From the NCBI GenBank assembly GCA_038873795.1, contig JAVZDR010000024.1:1-8094 (forward strand): 8,094 bases of DNA, read 5' to 3'. The notes under the pieces are model-generated. The model had not been told where the DNA came from, searched no databases, and was given only the letters and a program-made list of their open reading frames with translations. The DNA comes from Candidatus Micrarchaeaceae archaeon. Lineage in GTDB: Archaea; Micrarchaeota; Micrarchaeia; Micrarchaeales; CABMGC01. A program made the translations under genes and the position numbers. Numbering within the stretch: position 1 is the stretch's first letter; the number at the start of each line of letters is the position of its first letter. Shown here in pieces: positions 5,995-8,094 of this stretch.

Positions 5995-6060
5995 CTAATA
6001 GTATAAATGTGAAAAAGATATAAAGATGCTCTATAACTATTATACATCTGTGGTGTCTCT
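5995..6060. promoter_or_regulatory. Divergent AT-rich promoter region for tRNA-Cys (-) and the CBS-HPF/pilin unit (+)
   Basis: Minus-strand TTTATAT at about 6018-6024 lies about 25-30 nt upstream of tRNA-Cys. Plus-strand TATA-like elements (TATAAA at 6003 and ~6019, TATAAC at 6032) precede the ATG at 6061. Confidence 0.5.
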
Positions 6061-7203
6061 ATGGAAAATGCATTCGAAACCCTTCCAAAAGAATTTGTTT
6101 CTGCAGCAAAGTTCTGCGATTACAAGACGCCAGTGATGGAGGCTGTCGATGACATAAAAAGGTTTGGGGCTGTGATAGTCACCAAGCAGGGTCGCTACTT
6201 CGGCATAGTCGATACGAGAACCATGGCAAGGGTGCAGCGGTCAAAGCTCACAAAAGGCTTCCCGATAGGCAAGCTTGCGATCAAGGCGCCACTCATAGAC
6301 GATGGCACCTCTATAGACAACGCAATACTGAATTTCCACAACACCTCCACAAAGGTGCTCCCCTACGCTGAGAAGAACAAGATACGCGGCGTAATAAACA
6401 GGGAGAAGATACTGAGTGCAATGCTTTCGCTCCACACCCTCTCGAAATTCAAGGTTGCGGATGGCATGTCTACGCCTGTCATAGGAGTAAGCAAGGATTC
6501 AAACCTGGCGCAGGCGATAGCGGCAATGCGGAACAACAACATAAATAGGCTGCTTGTTATTGATAGCGGCAAGGTCTTCGGCATACTGACCTATGCAGAC
6601 ATAATGGGCATACTCTCAAAGCCTTCTGAAAGGATGCCAAAATTCAAGTCGGAAAGTTCCTCGATGAGCAACATAAGTGTTAGCAGCGTCTGCGCAAGGG
6701 AGGTATACAGCATAGAGCAGGACAGCAGCATAGAAGACGCAATGAGGGAATTCTTAAGGAGGAATATCTCCTCTCTGCTTGTGACAAGGGGAGGCAGGCC
6801 AATAGGTATAATAACAGTGAATGATGTCTTTGGCGTAGCTGTGGCAAATTCCACTGCCGTTGAGAACAAGATAATAATATCTGGGCTTGACGACTACACG
6901 AAAGAATATGAAGAGGAGATAACCAACGAGCTGAACAGGGTTGCTGACAAGGTTGGCAGATTCAGCAAGCTGAAGGTTGATTCCATAGCTGTAAACGTGA
7001 GGAGGAAGAGGGAAAGGAACTATGAGATGAAAGCCAGGGTGATGCTGAGCAAGAGGGGCAGCATAATCGTTTATTCGAATGGCTACACCATCAGCGAAAC
7101 CCTAAAAGATTTAGTTAGTAAGATTTATAGGAAGATAAAGACAAGGAAGGAAGAAATTGTAACTTATAAAAAGTCTAAAGTTGGCGCATATGAGGAAGTA
7201 TAG
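6061..7203 (+). CDS. Four-CBS-domain protein with C-terminal HPF/RaiA-like domain; probable archaeal ribosome hibernation factor (Hib type), 380 aa
   Basis: Four CBS repeats (e.g. 'YFGIVD', 'IRGVIN', 'VADGMSTPVI..A..AM....INRLLV...VFGILT..DI', 'ISSLLV....PIGIIT..DV'). These are followed by a basic ~100-aa domain (KIIISGL...AVNVRRK...YEMKARV...IVYSNGYTISETL..LV.KI.RKI) with the beta-alpha-beta-beta-beta-alpha pattern of HPF/RaiA. Confidence 0.8.
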   Translation: MENAFETLPKEFVSAAKFCDYKTPVMEAVDDIKRFGAVIVTKQGRYFGIVDTRTMARVQRSKLTKGFPIGKLAIKAPLIDDGTSIDNAILNFHNTSTKVLPYAEKNKIRGVINREKILSAMLSLHTLSKFKVADGMSTPVIGVSKDSNLAQAIAAMRNNNINRLLVIDSGKVFGILTYADIMGILSKPSERMPKFKSESSSMSNISVSSVCAREVYSIEQDSSIEDAMREFLRRNISSLLVTRGGRPIGIITVNDVFGVAVANSTAVENKIIISGLDDYTKEYEEEITNELNRVADKVGRFSKLKVDSIAVNVRRKRERNYEMKARVMLSKRGSIIVYSNGYTISETLKDLVSKIYRKIKTRKEEIVTYKKSKVGAYEEV

Positions 7204-7651
7204 GCTGCAGTCAAGCTTTGAGCTGCTCATAACGCTCTCTCTTGGACTAGCTATACTACTGCCTATAGTGGTGCTTGCCTTCATGCAGATGGCTAGCGCA
7301 ACGTCATCGCTTGCTGCCATAGAGTCGCAGCAGGCGGCATCCAAGCTTGCAAGCATTGCCACACTAGTTGGAAGCGAGGGGCCACCTGCTAAGCAGCTTG
7401 TTCAAATTGAGGTTCCGCCAGGAGTGCAGTATATCTATGTGGGCACTGCAAATGGTGGCATAGGTCACGCAATAACATTTGTCATAAGGTCGGGCTCAGG
7501 GCTCAATTACGTCACTTCTTACACGCCAGTCAACGTGAGTGGCAATCTCGGCGGGATAGTAGCTACCGGCACATACCTTGTGAACGTGAGTGCCACATCG
7601 GCATGCCCCTTCCAAGCGCCAGTGCCTTGCGTTTACATATCGCCCTCGTGA
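7190..7651 (+). CDS. Type IV pilin-like protein with class III signal peptide, 153 aa
   Basis: MRKYRL-QSSFELL...: a basic leader, Q at +1, E at +5, then a hydrophobic helix, an amphipathic helix, a 'G.G.PAK..V.IEVP' beta-rich domain and a C-terminal Cys pair. The ATG at 7190 overlaps the end of the upstream gene. Confidence 0.75.
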   Translation: MRKYRLQSSFELLITLSLGLAILLPIVVLAFMQMASATSSLAAIESQQAASKLASIATLVGSEGPPAKQLVQIEVPPGVQYIYVGTANGGIGHAITFVIRSGSGLNYVTSYTPVNVSGNLGGIVATGTYLVNVSATSACPFQAPVPCVYISPS

Positions 7652-7728
7652 CAATGTTGATTTGATGCCCAACGGAAAGCCACCGGAAAGCGCAGCACGC
7701 TGCGAAATTGCCTCAGGGTGCGGATGCA

Positions 7729-8094
7729 ATGTTTAGAAAAGCGCAGTTTTCTGTAGAGTTCATGATCGTCTTCTCATTCATACTGCTTGTCTTCCTCTTC
7801 CTCTTTGCAATGATAACTTCGCAGAGGTCGCTCGGCCTGAGCAACCAGCTCTTCTCGCAGATGCAGCTCATAGCGCAGAGCATCGCATTGCAGATAAACA
7901 ACGCCATAAGCGCAGGCAGCGGCTATTCAACTTCAATGCACATAGGCACGACGGTAGGGCTTGTGCCATACAACCTTACAATAACAAAGAATGGCATGAT
8001 AGTAGTGAGCGCATATGTGGGCAAGCAGCTGATGCAGGCAAGGGCATATTCAATGGCAAAGAGCATAGTATCGTCGCCAAGTTTCGTGGCAAGC
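7729..8094 (+). CDS. Class III signal peptide (pilin-like) protein, 3'-truncated by window end
   Basis: Manual translation: MFRKA-QFSVEFMIVFSFILLVFLFLFAMITSQRS...IAQSIALQINNAISAGSGYS..., open to 8094. It has the canonical K-A|Q-x-x-x-E prepilin motif and an upstream GGGTG SD-like element. It is absent from the ORF track because it has no stop in the window. Confidence 0.85.
   Translation, partial: MFRKAQFSVEFMIVFSFILLVFLFLFAMITSQRSLGLSNQLFSQMQLIAQSIALQINNAISAGSGYSTSMHIGTTVGLVPYNLTITKNGMIVVSAYVGKQLMQARAYSMAKSIVSSPSFVAS

Noticed and set aside
5781..6047. 80-aa (+) and 62-aa (-) ORFs in the intergenic region
   Set aside because: The region is fully explained by the C/D sRNA, tRNA-Cys and promoters.

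Overview
Archaeal genomic DNA, most likely from a small-genome DPANN archaeon such as Micrarchaeota. That assignment is inferred from gene style, 'RLQS/KAQF..E' class III signal peptides and a T-loop tRNA intron. From left to right: a small Sec61beta/SecG gene missed by the ORF track (71-226,+); an AmmeMemoRadiSam-type radical SAM enzyme (-); a B12-binding-like radical SAM protein resembling the GDGT ring synthase (Grs) family (-); tRNA-Ile(GAU) with a 19-nt 37/38 intron (-); a Nudix hydrolase fused to a degenerate, Fe-S-less family-4-like uracil-DNA glycosylase (-); and a translationally coupled exosortase/archaeosortase-family protein with a sequon-rich C-terminal domain (-). Next come a canonical box C/D guide sRNA (5810-5867,-) and tRNA-Cys(GCA) with a 16-nt intron in the T-loop (59/60) and a perfect bulge-helix-bulge motif (-). 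A divergent + strand unit encodes a 4xCBS + HPF/RaiA-like protein (archaeal ribosome hibernation factor type) and two class III signal peptide pilin-like genes, the second truncated by the window end. All family assignments come from motif recognition only; no searches were run.
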